The notes: generated from the letters alone by a model not told the origin. A stretch of DNA of 63,127 bases, filler included, from Hyphochytrium catenoides (GCA_900088475.1; 8 parts of 8 records of this genome joined end to end with filler, not necessarily neighbours in it), one strand, 5' to 3'. Positions 39,925-52,438 are shown, counted from the whole stretch's first letter. Translations and numbers: made by a program.

Positions 39925-41310
39925 CTACTCTTCTCCTCGGTCCGTGGTCGTGGAAGCAGTCTCTGTGGCGTCGTCACCAGTGGTGGAGCACGTCTCTTCA
40001 GCTGGCCTCTCTGCAGTCTCTTTCTGCTGAGAGGCTTCTGAAGTTTTTCTCCCTGCAATCTGTCTCTTCAGCGTAGAGTTCCATCGGTTCTTGATGGCGT
40101 TATCCGTTCTTCCAGGAAGCAGGCGAGCGATGTCGGCCCACTTGTTTCCTAGTTCTCCGTGGCTCTTGATGATAAGAGCGTCTTCCTCTTCCGTCCAGGG
40201 ATCTTTCCTGATGCCTGGGCAGAGATGATGGCACCAGCGCTCACGGCACTGCTTGGCGATGCGGTTTGGCAGAGCCGCAGCAATGACCTTCCACTTCTTG
40301 GCGCCGTGCTTGTTAACTAAATCTATGAGGATCTGGTCCTCCTGGGGCGTCCATGGGCCTTTGATAATGTATGACGCCTCTTGACTGCCCTCAGAGCCGC
40401 TGTCTTGGCTCTCAGGCCGGGCCATGTGAGGCTGGTAAGCTCCGTAAGAGTCTGAAGAAGCTCTAGCGTCGTAATAGTATCCGAATGGGTAAGGACGGTA
40501 GCTCTCTGGTCGCTCATAGCCCGAAGCAGAAGGGTAGAACTCAGAACCATGTCTCTCCGGTACTCCTCTCTCTCCGTAATGAGCTTTAGCTCTGCCGTAG
40601 GGCTGTCTACCTGAGAACATGCCATAGCGCTGCGAGTCTCGCTCCTGCCTAAGTTCTAAGGGATAGGACGCAGTCTGAGGCGCTGCATGCGAGTATCTCT
40701 CTTCCAATGCGGGCTGATAGTCTCCTCTTTGCCCGAGAGAATGCCTAGAAGCAAGATGTTCCTGAGAGAGAGAAGCATCGTACCGATCAAACGCTGAAGG
40801 CGCAGGATAGTGTCTCTCGTAGGGTCCCTCGCCTCTGTTCCATTGAGTTCTACCTGGTGCCTCATAGGGCTGGTATCTAACGCGCGGCTGAAAACGTTGA
40901 GAAGAGCTCTCTCCGTCAAAAGTAGAGCGGGATCTGCGGCCTAGCAAGCTATGAAAGGTGGGCATCTGGGGACGCTGTGCAACAGTCGCCACGCGGGAGA
41001 CTGGGGTGCTCTGAGGACCATCATGTACATCGGCAACACCGGCAGGGCTCGCAGCGCCATGTGCAGTGTATCTCTCGTCTTTCACGGCGCTGGTGGCTCC
41101 TTCTGAGTAAGCACTGGTGACGCTTTGAGCTCTACTGTCCGTTACTCTATGAAGAGAGGCACAAAGCGATGAGAGACAGCGGGACGATGGCAGAGGTTGA
41201 CTATATCGTGGCGCGTAGCTCTGTTCATCGCTATACCGCGGCCCATACTCTGGGCAAGATGAGTGGCTGTACGCTGAGGGCTGATGGGGATGCATGTAAG
41301 CGATCTGCAT
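39925..41310 (-). CDS. Two-repeat (R2R3-type) MYB transcription factor, intronless CDS, 461 aa
   Basis: [12 protein letters not shown]...KKWKVIA...[24 protein letters not shown]...[29 protein letters not shown] near the C-terminus. Long Y/R/S/P/Q-rich N-terminus. Confidence 0.96.
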   Translation of the reverse strand: MQIAYMHPHQPSAYSHSSCPEYGPRYSDEQSYAPRYSQPLPSSRCLSSLCASLHRVTDSRAQSVTSAYSEGATSAVKDERYTAHGAASPAGVADVHDGPQSTPVSRVATVAQRPQMPTFHSLLGRRSRSTFDGESSSQRFQPRVRYQPYEAPGRTQWNRGEGPYERHYPAPSAFDRYDASLSQEHLASRHSLGQRGDYQPALEERYSHAAPQTASYPLELRQERDSQRYGMFSGRQPYGRAKAHYGERGVPERHGSEFYPSASGYERPESYRPYPFGYYYDARASSDSYGAYQPHMARPESQDSGSEGSQEASYIIKGPWTPQEDQILIDLVNKHGAKKWKVIAAALPNRIAKQCRERWCHHLCPGIRKDPWTEEEDALIIKSHGELGNKWADIARLLPGRTDNAIKNRWNSTLKRQIAGRKTSEASQQKETAERPAEETCSTTGDDATETASTTTDRGEE

Positions 41311-41725
41311 GGCTTTCTGGAGTCAAGGAAGTTAGAAGAAGATACGGCAGCTCCAGGACTAGAATGGATACGGACGCAACCCGGAAGTACGAGTAGCAAG
41401 TAGCAGCGGCGCTGGCTTTAGCAGCGCGCAGGGCGTTCGTTTGAGGAGAGAAAGAAGAGTTGTGAGGCCTCCTGGCTCTATGTCCGCTCAGCGGTCAGCG
41501 GCAGAGGAAACGTCAGGAAGGAGCGCGCTGAGAGACTAACTGTGGAGCGCCGAGCACCGGTTGAGGCCAGTGGCGGTAGGGAAGGGAAGAGGCGACCGTG
41601 GTGCCGTGGTGTTTGAGGGGTGAGAGGAGTGAGGAAGAAGAGTTGTGGGCCTTCCTCGTTGATGCAGCTGGGTATGGAGAACAGAGAGCAGGTGCTCCGC
41701 CGCATAGCCTACCAGAGGGACAGAA

Positions 41726-41761
<36 letters not shown>

Positions 41762-41920
41762 GAGCACAGGGAGGACTGTCAGGGGGCAGGAGACAGTTGA
41801 GCTGACGCTTGGCTGGTCTCTTTGTCCTCCTCTCTTTTGCAAGCTCAAGCTACCGCTCGTCAACTGTCTGGAGGTTCTTCCCTCTGGATCCAGTGAGATG
41901 ATGTCGCACAAGAACCACCA

Positions 41921-41973
<53 letters not shown>

Positions 41974-42361
41974 TTTCTATTCTACTGTCGCTTCGTCAGC
42001 GGCATCAGTGTGTCTGCCCCCTCTTAACAACCTATAACGCTCGTGCTACGAGGGCCGTTGGGGGCGACCTCGACTGGAGACACTGCACTGTCCGCTCACT
42101 TTCAGTTCTTGCCTGCCCTTTCTGCTCCTTCAGCCCACCGCGTAGGACAGCAAGACTAGTAAACAGAGAGAGAGAGAGAGAGGATGATGCTCAGAATGGG
42201 ATGGGGACGAACGTGGAAGAGCTTTGAATTACAAGGGGAGAGAAGAGGGAGAGAAGAGGAAAGAGAGAGAGGAGAGAGAGAGAGAGAGAAAAGAACAAGG
42301 ACGAAAGAACAGGATCTTTCTCTTCTCTCTCTCTCATAACCGCTAATAAAAACCCTTCGAG

Positions 42362-42461
42362 NNNNNNNNNNNNNNNNNNNNNNNNNNNNNNNNNNNNNNN
42401 NNNNNTTAATTAATTAANNNNNNNNNNNNNNNNNNNNNNNNNNNNNNNNNNNNNNNNNNNN
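42362..42461. other. Artificial scaffold-joining spacer
   Basis: N44-TTAATTAATTAA-N44. Confidence 0.97.
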
Positions 42462-43074
42462 CTTTTCCCTCTAAGTCTAGAACTCTACCTTTCCTAAAAG
42501 CCTAGATAAGACCAAAGTAAAAGAACAACCACAAAGAGTCAGATGAAGGAGCGTGAGAGAAAAGTTTGATCCTCAACATAGTGTACTATTATATCAAAGG
42601 TCACATAGCTCATAATGCCATGGGATATGGTATCATGAATAACTGTTTTACTACTACCTAAGTAACAGACGCACAGTCAGACGCACAGACACACAATATA
42701 TTAATCACCATTTCGATATTTTAAGCCTAACGACTAATGATGGACTGTTCCCAGGTAGATTGCAAGCTTTTAGTTTTGAGGAGTGAGGTCTCTGGCTACG
42801 AAAGGAGAGAAATAGTGTTTAGGTTTTTATGCTCGTCGAAAGCTGTTCCTGTTCTCCTTTTATTCCATTACCTTGATGTACGAATTCCATTATTGCAAGG
42901 GTTTCTGTCTATTGACTTCCACTCCAAGGCTGTGTATAACCCTGATTTTGTTTGTTTCGTCGTATAGATCCCTTGTATTGTTGCTTTTTTGTTATGTTAT
43001 TTTTTGGGTCTGTAAAACCCCTACCCTTTGGGAGGCACAAACGCTACGCTTTTCGTCTAACGACTCAAGCGAAG

Positions 43075-43164
43075 CGAACAGACACACAGACACACGAAAA
43101 AGTCCATTTGTGCTGAAGCCCCTGTGGGTTAAAATTGAGGTTCGCCCTTCCGGCTCGCAGTAAA
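43075..43164 (-). mobile_element. 5' end of a HINE/Helentron-like element, inverted copy
   Basis: The reverse complement TTTACTGCGAGCCGGAAGGGCGAACCTCAATTTTAACCCACAGGGGCTTCAGCACAAATGGACTTTTTCGTGTGTCTGTGTGTCTG matches 45338-45430, then diverges after the GTCT-like microsatellite. Confidence 0.75.
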
Positions 43165-43799
43165 ATCTGGGAGGATAAACACCCTGACTTGAGTTATGTG
43201 CTTGTCTTCGGTTGTCAAGCTTATCGTCTCATCCCTGACCAGGAACGGACTAAGATGGAAGCTAAGACTAAGTAGTACTACGTGTTCGTAGTTCATGGAG
43301 ATCATTTATAAGAAGCGTTATTTGACCCAGAGACAAAGAGTATCATTGAACGGCGCGACGTCGCCTTCCACGGGACCAGACCGAATACGTCGAAACCGTT
43401 CCCCCACGGCAGGATGTCGAGAGATACTCTCTGAAATACTTAAATGAAGACCACGACGCTCCCGGCGAAGATTTTAAGACGGCGATGGATCTGTTAGTTT
43501 TTATCATTTGGTGGTGAGCATTTTTAATTATCAATACAGGGCGCCCTTTTAGATAGGGGTAATCCAGCCTTGACCGGCAGGATTATTTATCTAGGAGTGC
43601 TTCACTTGCACAAGTAGAATTAGACCATAGTACTCAGTTATTGGAACATCTATAACATTAGAACAAGAGACTATTATTTCAGCAATTGAGACTTTGATGA
43701 AATAAATAACCGAGTATCTTGTCCCTTGCAATATCCAACTGACACAAAGCAGCAGTCCACAATGCAAGTGTCGTCTTCAGCAAGAAGTGCCGTCAAAAA

Positions 43800-44420
43800 C
43801 ATCTCTCTGCAGCAGCTTAGGACTACTGTCCCCCCTGCTGTTGACGAGGCCCCATTCCTGAGAATTGTTCTGCTTGCGTTCTCAACTGGAGAGGTAGCTG
43901 CTGCAGCCACAATATCATCCAAATCACGGTTTTGCTGGGCCCCCCTCCGGGCGAGTCGACGCTTCTTAGCTCCTGGTGTCTCTGGGCCACCCGGCGTATC
44001 CGTAGGCAACCGTGGTGCCTCGCCGCCGTTGATGATGATGAGTGCGGATGTTTCGTTGGAGGACAGAAGTGTCGCATTGACCACCCACTAATGAGCCACG
44101 CCTCCTCCTTGTTAATCTATTCGGACTCAGGACTGGCAAAAAAGAAGGATGCGCCACCGAGAAGGAGGATGCAGAACCGCATGTCGAATAAAACATCCTT
44201 GCGCTGCTTACTGCCGTCGCTAGTATTACTGTTGTCGCCGGAGTTATCTCTTCTATTAGAGTTTGGTGCTGCAGTAGCACTTCACGTTCCCGTTCGGTTG
44301 TAGGCTTTATTCGCCGTGAACGACGAGAAACTGCTCTTAATCCTTGCCATTTTCTCAAAAAAGAAGGCCAAGCTATGGTAGCGGCAGCACGAAGAATTTT
44401 TCGCGGGCTTTGTGCTGGTG
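43800..44420 (-). mobile_element. Possible decayed hAT transposase (BED finger + DUF659-like)
   Basis: Across frameshifts: CCRYHS...KMARIKS (BED-like), ARMFYSTCG..FSVAHPSF...P (cf. ARFFY..GIPF..V.HP.F), YAGW..D (cf. DGW.D), ELRSVDSPG..SKT (cf. FLKSVD.SG..KT). Confidence 0.4.
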
Positions 44421-44602
44421 GCGCTGTTCAGGCCCTCCATCTTCTTGCCCTTCTTCAAAAGTCTTTGAAGAAAAGGAGAAGCTGCTACTAACCCATGCCA
44501 TTTCCTCATCATCAAAATAGGAGGCCACCGTGGTGTGGTAGCAGCGGCAGCACGAGGGCAGCTCGCGAGGTGTTCTTCTGGTCCTCCATGTTCTGGCCCT
44601 TT

Positions 44603-45280
44603 AATTGCGAGCCCGAAGGGCGAGCCTCAATTTCNNNNNNNNNNNNNNNNNNNNNNNNNNNNNNNNNNNNNNNNNNNNNNNNNTTTTTACTAATCACTGT
44701 TTGGGCTTTTTCTTTGGGTTTGAATCATTGTTTGTGTACTTTGGAGATAGAAAAGTGGTCAGAGGAGGAGCGAAATGGTTTCTATGAACATAAATCGAAT
44801 TTGTAACGCGAGACATATCACTATAAACCGAGACACATCGCGTGAGTCCAGGCTAATTTGTGTTGTAACCTCATACTACCTGGGACGCATCACCTACAAT
44901 CGTGTATTTTTAGCTGTAGGAGCTGAGGGTGAAGGTGACATGTCACGCGACTCTTGCAGCATTCGAGAGTTGAGAAAGTTTCGCTGAATGTTTCGCCACT
45001 CACTCACTCAGTCACACTCACTCACTACTCTGCTGTAGGAAGCGTGGGTGAAGGACTAGAGAGATCCCTTATAAAAAGTGTGCCTACCTCCTCTAGGAAA
45101 TAGTACTGATAGAACTAGTTCTCGAGTTGTGAAACAATGTAGAAGGAATGGAGAGCTCCTGGTGTTACAGGTACAACTAAATCAGTGATCCAAGCATCTT
45201 CCACTAATAATGCAGCCGAAGGCTGGATTACGTACTCGTAACGTCGGGCGAGCCCTAGGCGCAGCCTAAACCTATTGATA
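44603..45280 (+). mobile_element. Non-autonomous Helentron/HINE-like element, copy A (contains an N gap)
   Basis: Starts ATTGCGAGCCCGAAGGGCGA and aligns along its length with 45338-46037. Has a (CACT)n tract. 3' hairpins CAGCC-GAA-GGCTG, GGGC-GA-GCCC and TAGGC-GCA-GCCTA. No coding capacity. Confidence 0.7.
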
Positions 45281-45337
45281 GACTTGAGTCTTCTTTCTTT
45301 ATTACAATCAACGATCAAGTCTCAAGGGCAGGAGTTC

Positions 45338-46037
45338 TTATTGCGAGCCCGAAGGGCGACCCTCAATTTCAACCCACAGGGGCTTCAGCACAAATGGACT
45401 TTTTCGTGTTATTGTCTGTGTGTCTGTCTGTCTGCCTGTCTGTCTGTGAGCAAAATTTCACTATTTGGTTATTCACTAATCACTGTTTGGGCTTTTCCCT
45501 TTGGTTAGGGTCTGGATGTAATTTGGGTACATATAAAGGGGTTACAGTATAAGCGAAAGGGGGAATATGAAACTAACTCGAATTTGTAACGCGAGACGTA
45601 TCACTATAAACCGAGACACATCGCGTGCTTCCACGCGAATTTGTGTTGAATCCTCATTCTACCTGAGACGCATCACCTCCTATCCGGTATATTTAGCTTT
45701 AGGAGCTGATTGTAGAGGTGACACGTCACGCGACTCCTGCAGCAGTCGCGAGTTGAAAAAGTTTCACCCTTCACTCACTCAGTCACTCACTCACGACTCT
45801 TCTGAAGAAAGCGTGGGTGAGCGAGTAGAGAGATCCTTTAGAGTGTGCCTACCTAGAGGAAATAAATGATAGAACTACACATATGATGTAGGAGGAATGA
45901 AGAGCTCCTGCTGTTACTTGTAGTTCTACAACGAGGAAATCAGTGAGCCAAGCATCTTCGCTAATAATGCAGCCGAAGGCTGGATTACGCACTATTAACG
46001 TCGGGCGAGCCCTAGAAGAAGCCTAAAGCTATTGATA
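45338..46037 (+). mobile_element. Non-autonomous Helentron/HINE-like element, copy B (head-to-tail with copy A)
   Basis: Starts TTATTGCGAGCCCGAAGGGCGA. (GTCT)n microsatellite at ~45415-45447 and (CACT)n at ~45772-45794. Shares the 3' hairpin region and CTATTGATA end with copy A. Confidence 0.7.
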
Positions 46038-46239
46038 TTAATTGCGCCGCCGAAATAATATTAGGGGTTCGTTTTCTGTAGATTGTCCCTTTCCTTGCTT
46101 ATTTAGAAAATAGTGGCCGTACGGACACAATAGGGTGGTCCTTGTCGCTCTTTCTCTTCTTCTGCCATTGTCAAGAAGAGCTTGTGAAGTCGCGACGATA
46201 AGTTCTCTAAGGAACCAAAGAGACGGAGAGGAGTGGACG

Positions 46240-46927
46240 ACGACGAGTATTATCTATAGCAAGACTTTTGACGCATGAAGAAACCGCGAAACTCGAGAGA
46301 CACCCCAGATAGAAGGCAGAGGAGGGAGGACGACGCAGCAAATGCAGTTTGAGACATATGCCGGAAAAAGGGACATAACAGCGCAGACTGCTTCGAGCTT
46401 CCAGAGAATGCTGCGCGCAGGCCATCAGGCTGGAAGCCTCGCTTCCACTTGGACAAGCTGCCGGCGTCACAACTGTCAACAGTAGGCCATGAGCAACTTA
46501 GTGCCTTGTTAGCTGCTCTCCTATCCTCCTCCTCTTCTTCTCCCGGAGGAGCTCAAACTAATGAATTGGGATTAGCCAATCAGTATACAAAGTCTTCCGT
46601 GGACTCCGGTGAATCCCTTACCCTAGCTTCTATCCAGCAGGCTGCAGAGAAGGCGAAAGCCGTCCAGAGTAGCCACAAATGGCCGCTAGACAGCGGATGC
46701 TCCAGTCACATTACTGGCTCTTTCTCTCTTTCACTTCTATTGACCCTCTTCCTCTCTTTACCGCTGACAATCGGCCAGTCTTTGCCGTGGGAAAGGGAAG
46801 CATACTTATCCCTGCTGCCAATAGAGCTACTGCCCCTCTCTACCTGCCGAATGTGCTTTATGCAGCAGGCTTTCCATAGCATCTTCTCTCTATTGGACAA
46901 TACATCCAAGACTCCTCTGGTGAAGCA
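46240..46927 (+). mobile_element. Ty1/Copia LTR retrotransposon gag-protease fragment (decayed, truncated)
   Basis: ARLLTHEE. CCHC knuckle *DICRKKGHNSADC (46350-46391, first Cys now TGA). Protease KWPLDSGCSSHITG (~46677-46718), then a frameshift to TADNRPVFAVGKGSI...LPNVLYAAGFP*HLLSIGQ. Confidence 0.85.
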
Positions 46928-47027
46928 NNNNNNNNNNNNNNNNNNNNNNNNNNNNNNNNNNNNNNNNNNNNTTAATTAATTAANNNNNNNNNNNNNNNNN
47001 NNNNNNNNNNNNNNNNNNNNNNNNNNN
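46928..47027. other. Artificial scaffold-joining spacer
   Basis: N44-TTAATTAATTAA-N44. It truncates the Copia fragment. Confidence 0.97.
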
Positions 47028-48492
47028 CCGAGACGGAGAAGAGCGCCGAGAGTACGACTTGTACCTGTAGGAGCAAGAGGTAAGACATTACTAGTCTGTC
47101 CTGTGTGTCTCTCTTTCTCTTCTTCCTTCTCTCACTTTTTCTTCTGTCTCCTCCCTCACGGTCTCTATCTCTCTCTGTGTTGTGAGAGAGTGTGCGTGTC
47201 TCTCTCTCTCTCTTCTTCTCTCTCTCTTTCGCTGTAGCTCTCTCTCTTTCAAAAATGGTGCTTACCTCTCCTGGTAAGCTTCTGAAATCCGCGTCCAGAA
47301 CCTCGACCTGAAAGCCCCAGGGAGCACGGCCCAGAGCTGGACGGACAAGGAGCTCAGGAGAGGAAACTGAGCGAGAGGAAAGAGAGGCAGACTTCAGCCT
47401 CTCTCTCGCTCTCTCCAGACCTAGGAGAAACATCTGATTCTCTCTTTCTCCTGAGAGATAGCTGTTCAGCTCAGCTAACTTGCTGTTGAACTTATGAATC
47501 AGGACACTCAGGTCGTCTCGCTCTTTCTCTTCCTCTGCCTCTTCTGGCCTTTCTTCTTGGGCTTTTTGGGGCATTTGCTTCAAAGTTAGCACATTGTATC
47601 GCGCTTCCAGCTGCGGAGAAGGACGTGACGTCCGCGTGTGCGTGTAAGAGAAAGAGAGAGAGAGAGTGTGTGTGAGACATCGAATGAGAGAGAGAGAGAG
47701 AAAGAGATATAGATGGATATACGAGTAAGCGAAAGAGAATGAGGAACGGTGAAATATGAGTTCCATCCTAGGGCTCTTTGCGGTCCAGGGAAGAATGAGG
47801 TCGTCCAACGTCGGGAAGGGAAAGAAAAGAGAAAGGAGAGATTGAGAGACAGGAGAAGGAAAGCCCTGCTAAGAGAAAGAAGGAGGACAAGGAGGAGGGA
47901 AAGCAGTGATGCCGTTCTCACCTCTTCAGGGGCAGACTCCTTCGCTTTGACTAACTCTTCAATGCGATCGGAAAGATGTCTTAGTTCTGACAGCTTCTCT
48001 CTCTCCCGCTCTCCTATCTTTTCCAAAATATCGCTCTCTTCGCTCTCTCTTCCTCTCTCTCCTCCCCTCTCCTCTGTCTCTCGCCCACCCTGGGCCTTTA
48101 GCCTTGCAAAGGGCATCTTCCTCAGGTTCAGACTGATCACTCTCTCAGATGCGTCATAACAAAGATAGACCTTGCACCCATAGGCTAATGAGCGTATCCC
48201 ATTCAACAGCAGAGAGACGAGAGAGAGAGAGAGAGAAGGACACAGGGGGGGGGGGAGAGAGAGACGCAGAGCGCGAGAGAGAAAAGAGAAGGAAGGTAAG
48301 AAAAAGAAGGGAAAGTCGGTAGAGGAAGGCAGAAAGAAGGAGAAGCAAAAAAGAGAAGAGAGGGTAGGAGGAGCAGTTAGTCACGTGTCCCAGCTTCATG
48401 TGGAGGATCTCTCTGCTCAATCCAACTAATTCTTTCCTCTTCCTTCTTTATCAGGACCCTTACACCCCATCCAAGTCGCATCCAAGTCTATG

Positions 48493-48523
<31 letters not shown>

Positions 48524-49572
48524 CCCCTCACCTCTCTCTCTCTCTCTCTCCGTTTCGCCTCAACTGGTCGTCCTCCTCTATATCTTCTCATTCTCATCTC
48601 TCTCTCTCTCTCTCTCTCACTCTCGTCTCGTGTCTTCAACTCACCGCTCCAGACGCTGCAGGCTGCTTTCAGCTCTTGGACGGCTCGGAAGATTCTCTCT
48701 CTCAGTTCCTTCACTTCTCCTCTCAGTTTGCTGGAGCACTCGAAAGAGTGACGAGCCTACGATAAAATGACGGCGTTAAACTCTAATCTAAGCGTCAGAA
48801 GTGGGAACCAGGGCCAGACAGAGAAGAGAGAAAGGGTGATGGAGCGACAACAGACAGAGGGCAAGACTGAAACGAGACAGAGTGGAATATGGGGGAGTGA
48901 ACTAGTGGGAGTGCAGGATTGAGAGACATGGCAGGAGAACCATAAGAGAGAGAGAGAGAGGAATCGATAGAGAAGAATAGAGAGCAAAAAGAGAGAGATC
49001 CATGTATATATTTATATATAGGTAGCTAGATAGAAAGAATGAGAGGAGAGAGACACAGACAGGAGAAAAGGAAGGATAAAGAGAGAGAGAGCGAGGAGAG
49101 AGGGATAGATTGAAGAGAGAGAGAGATTGAGGAGAGAGAGAGAGATTAAGGAGAGAGAGAGAGGAAGGGGAGATAGATGGGGAAGAGAGCAGCGAAAGAG
49201 CGAGGAAGATAAAGATAGATAGAGGTAGAGAGAGAGAGAGAGAGATACGTAGAGAGAGAGCGAGAGCGAGATGAAGAGAAAGGACAAAAGGGCGAGAGAG
49301 AGAAGAGCCGCGCAAGGATCTTCTATAGAGTACACGTTAAGGTCGCACCTCTTCCAGGTCCAGTCTCTGTATGGAGCCCCACAGGACGTCTACCGGCGGA
49401 TTGCCGCGGGAGATTCGGAAGTAAGCCTTTCTTCTCTCTCTCTCTTCACTCCCCAACACTGCTACTTCTCCTGCGCTGCCCCTCATCCTCTGCCGAGAGA
49501 GAGCGACAGCCTCTCTACTCCTTCTTCCTTCCGCTCTAACGCTATCAGAGGCGCTTAGCCACATGGCCGTGC

Positions 49573-49610
<38 letters not shown>

Positions 49611-49790
49611 TTCTCTCTCTCTCTGTGTCTCTTCCGTGCTTGGGAAGGGGAGCGCAATTTGCTGGGTTGATCTTGATGAGTGATGCACCAGATGAAGAGA
49701 GAAGAGGAGAGAAACAGGAGAGGAGATCCAAATACGTTGCCAGACGTTTGGAAGGTGAACTTCTATGCGGAGACTGAGAGAGGATCTTCA
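47028..49790 (-). CDS. Unknown multi-exon gene (3' truncated)
   Basis: Splice-site-bounded coding islands between GA-rich (plus-strand) introns: 47610-47266 (LEARYNVLTLKQ...PWGFQVEVLDADFRSLPGE), ~48210-47922, ~48745-48400, ~49560-49335, ~49790-49640. No family recognised. Confidence 0.55.
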
Positions 49791-50357
49791 CTGAGGGAGA
49801 GAGAGAGAGTGAAAGGAGAGGGCAGGACCGAAGAAGAGAGAGGAAAGTTTGGTGATGATACGCCTAAGAAGGGGAAAGACGGGAAGACAGAACTGAGGGG
49901 CAGGTGTAGAGAGAGAGAGACAGAGACAGGAAGAGAGGGAGAGAAAGCGAGAGAGGGAACTGATGAAAGGCGATGAAGAGAGAGAGAGAGAGAGGGAGAG
50001 GAAGGTTGCTTACACTGCCCGTCTAAGAGACAAGAGACAAGACTGGTCTGGTGATGAAAGGACAGAGCAAGGCAATCAAGACAAAGAAGAGGGTACGTTA
50101 GTGAAACCAAGAGCGGGAGAGCGAACTAGCAAGGGGCAAGCTAGAGAGACGAAGCCACAGAGGAGTGAGGTAAAAGGGCCCACAGAGAGAGACAGAGAAA
50201 GAGAAAAAGAGAGGGTGTGATAGAGAGCGAGCAAGAGAGAGCGAAGAAATAGATAGGCGAGAGCACGAAAAAGGAAAGAAAAGAGAGGAGAGAGAGAGGA
50301 GAGAGAGAGAGAGAAGAGAGAGAGAGGAAGAGAGAGAGAGTGGAGAGAGAGAGAGTG

Positions 50358-50389
<32 letters not shown>

Positions 50390-50610
50390 AGGAGCAACAG
50401 CAGAACAAAACGGAAAGATGAAGATCATGTTCTCCTGTTCCCACTACGGCGGCATAGGTTTAGGGGCTTTTCAGCCAAAGAACTTACTGATCACTGAATA
50501 AGCGGCTTAGTTAGAGGTAGTCCTGGGGGAGCTCAGACCGGATGAACCTTTCAACCAGGAAAACGGCTGTTTGGCGCAATATTAGCCGGTAGCGTATTTT
50601 TACTAGCCGT

Positions 50611-50854
50611 TATCCGTCTGTGCAGGAAAGAATCTGCAGATCTGCAGACTGGAGCTTCCAATCTTCATTCAGCCTGCAGTGCAGTAAGCTTGCTCTAGCG
50701 CTGGACGCGGCGCTTAATGGAGCTTAGCCCTATCCCGTCTGTGCTGGGAAGAATCTGCAGATCTGCAGACTGGAGCTTCCAATCTTCATTCAGCCTGCAG
50801 TGCAGTAATAAGCTTGCTCTACCTCTGGCCGCGGCGCTTAGTGGAGCTTAGCCC
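50611..50854. repeat. Tandem duplication of a ~120-bp unit, each copy with a perfect 16-bp palindrome
   Basis: Units 50611-50730 and 50731-50854. TCTGCAGATCTGCAGA at 50633-50648 and 50754-50769. Confidence 0.93.
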
Positions 50855-51573
50855 TGTCAGCAGTTCTGCCTCTAGACCAGGAGCTCATTGGAGCTTTGCG
50901 CTGGCTGAATTTGGACGATGGCCCTATCCGTCACACTTTAATATTGGGGCTCTTGTATGACTTTCCGTGCGGGTTGCAAGAATTTTTTTTGGCCAAGGGA
51001 CTCTGGATAATCTATAAGGAGTATATCTTCAAGTGGCGCTGTTTCTGAACTTGTATGTAGATGACAACTTTTAGGAGAGGACGATAGTATGAAATATTAC
51101 AGGCTGAATTTATCCAGGTTCCCACCTCCGTCCAATTCCATAGAGAGAGGAAGTTGACTCGCGTGACATCATTACTTCAGCAGAACGGACAACCCATCAA
51201 CAGGGATACTGCACATTGAGGTACTCAGGTTCTTGTTAGACAAAATTGAGAAGTGCAAAGAGGCAAGCGCCCAGAGGAAGAGGCAGCTTCCCATTCTCTT
51301 CTTGACACAAGCTTCTGTGATTGATTAAATCTTCATTTCTCAATATTAGGACAGGGAGAGACACGATGAGAGACGTGCAGCCAGCCCTGATCTCTGTGCA
51401 TGGCATCCTTACCTCAATCTCTTCCATTCCGATTGTTCATCTCTCTCCCAGCGCTTCTTTCGAACTTGGGAACCTCCTCTCTTCCTTCCTCCCTGCACTA
51501 GTTTTCTTTTCTCTCTCTCGCTGTGTGTCTCTCTCTTTTCCTCCCGTGTCCCTATCCTCCCATTTTCTCCTCC

Positions 51574-52402
51574 TTACAAGCAATAAACTAGAGAGTCTCC
51601 GGCCACCTGTCCATACGTTGTTCCCATCCCTGGCAGAATTGCCGTTCCTATCGCTGCACCGACGCCTGAAGCCAACACTGCCGCCGTCATTTTGACCAGA
51701 TTCATGACTGTGACCTGGAAGAAAGACTTGTTGTCTTCCGCAAGAAGCAAGAGCGCGTCCTCGTCGATGCTTCTTGCTCTCCTCTTTCTCCTTCTGTATA
51801 GTCTGACGAGAAAGAGAGCCTCTTCTACGATGAAGACAGACATGTGAGACAGAAGAGAGCTCTTCATCCCCGTCGTGAGGATCATTCGTGCTGCCACCAA
51901 TTTGTTTCCTGTCCGATAGGACTTCCGAAGGGCAGACTTGGCGGTGTCTACAGAAAAGGAGAGGAGAAAGAGAAAGAGAGAGCAAAAACACAAGGGCAGA
52001 GAGAGAGAGAGAGAGAGAAAGAGAGGAGAGTGAGTGCAAGGCCAAGGACCGGAAAGAAGAAGTCAAAGAGAAAGATCTACGAAGACGTCTACCATGACGA
52101 CAGACAGAACATTATAGGTAAGACAAGAGAGAGAGAAAAGAGTCATGGAGAGGACAGTGAGAGAGAGAGAGAGAGAGGGACAGGAAGAAGAGAGAAAGAG
52201 CTAGGTCTGCAAGAGGCCTCTTGCGTGTTAGCTTGAGAAAGAAGAGAGAAAGACAAGGATAATCGAGTTACCTTTCACAAGCTTCCCAGCGACCTCAACT
52301 CTGAGATATCTAATCGCAAGCTCTTCCAGGCTCCGAGTGATCGTGATCGTAGTCAACGCACGAGTGGCCGCGAAAGCAACTCTAGAAAGCAAAAGTCAAA
52401 AG

Positions 52403-52438
<36 letters not shown>

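Noticed and set aside
43500-44520. Stop-codon reassignment suggested by many TAA/TAG in a coding-looking frame
   Set aside because: The region is better explained as a frameshifted relic. Intact genes have no in-frame stops and end in TAG (GPCR, MYB) or TAA (51574 and 55468 genes).
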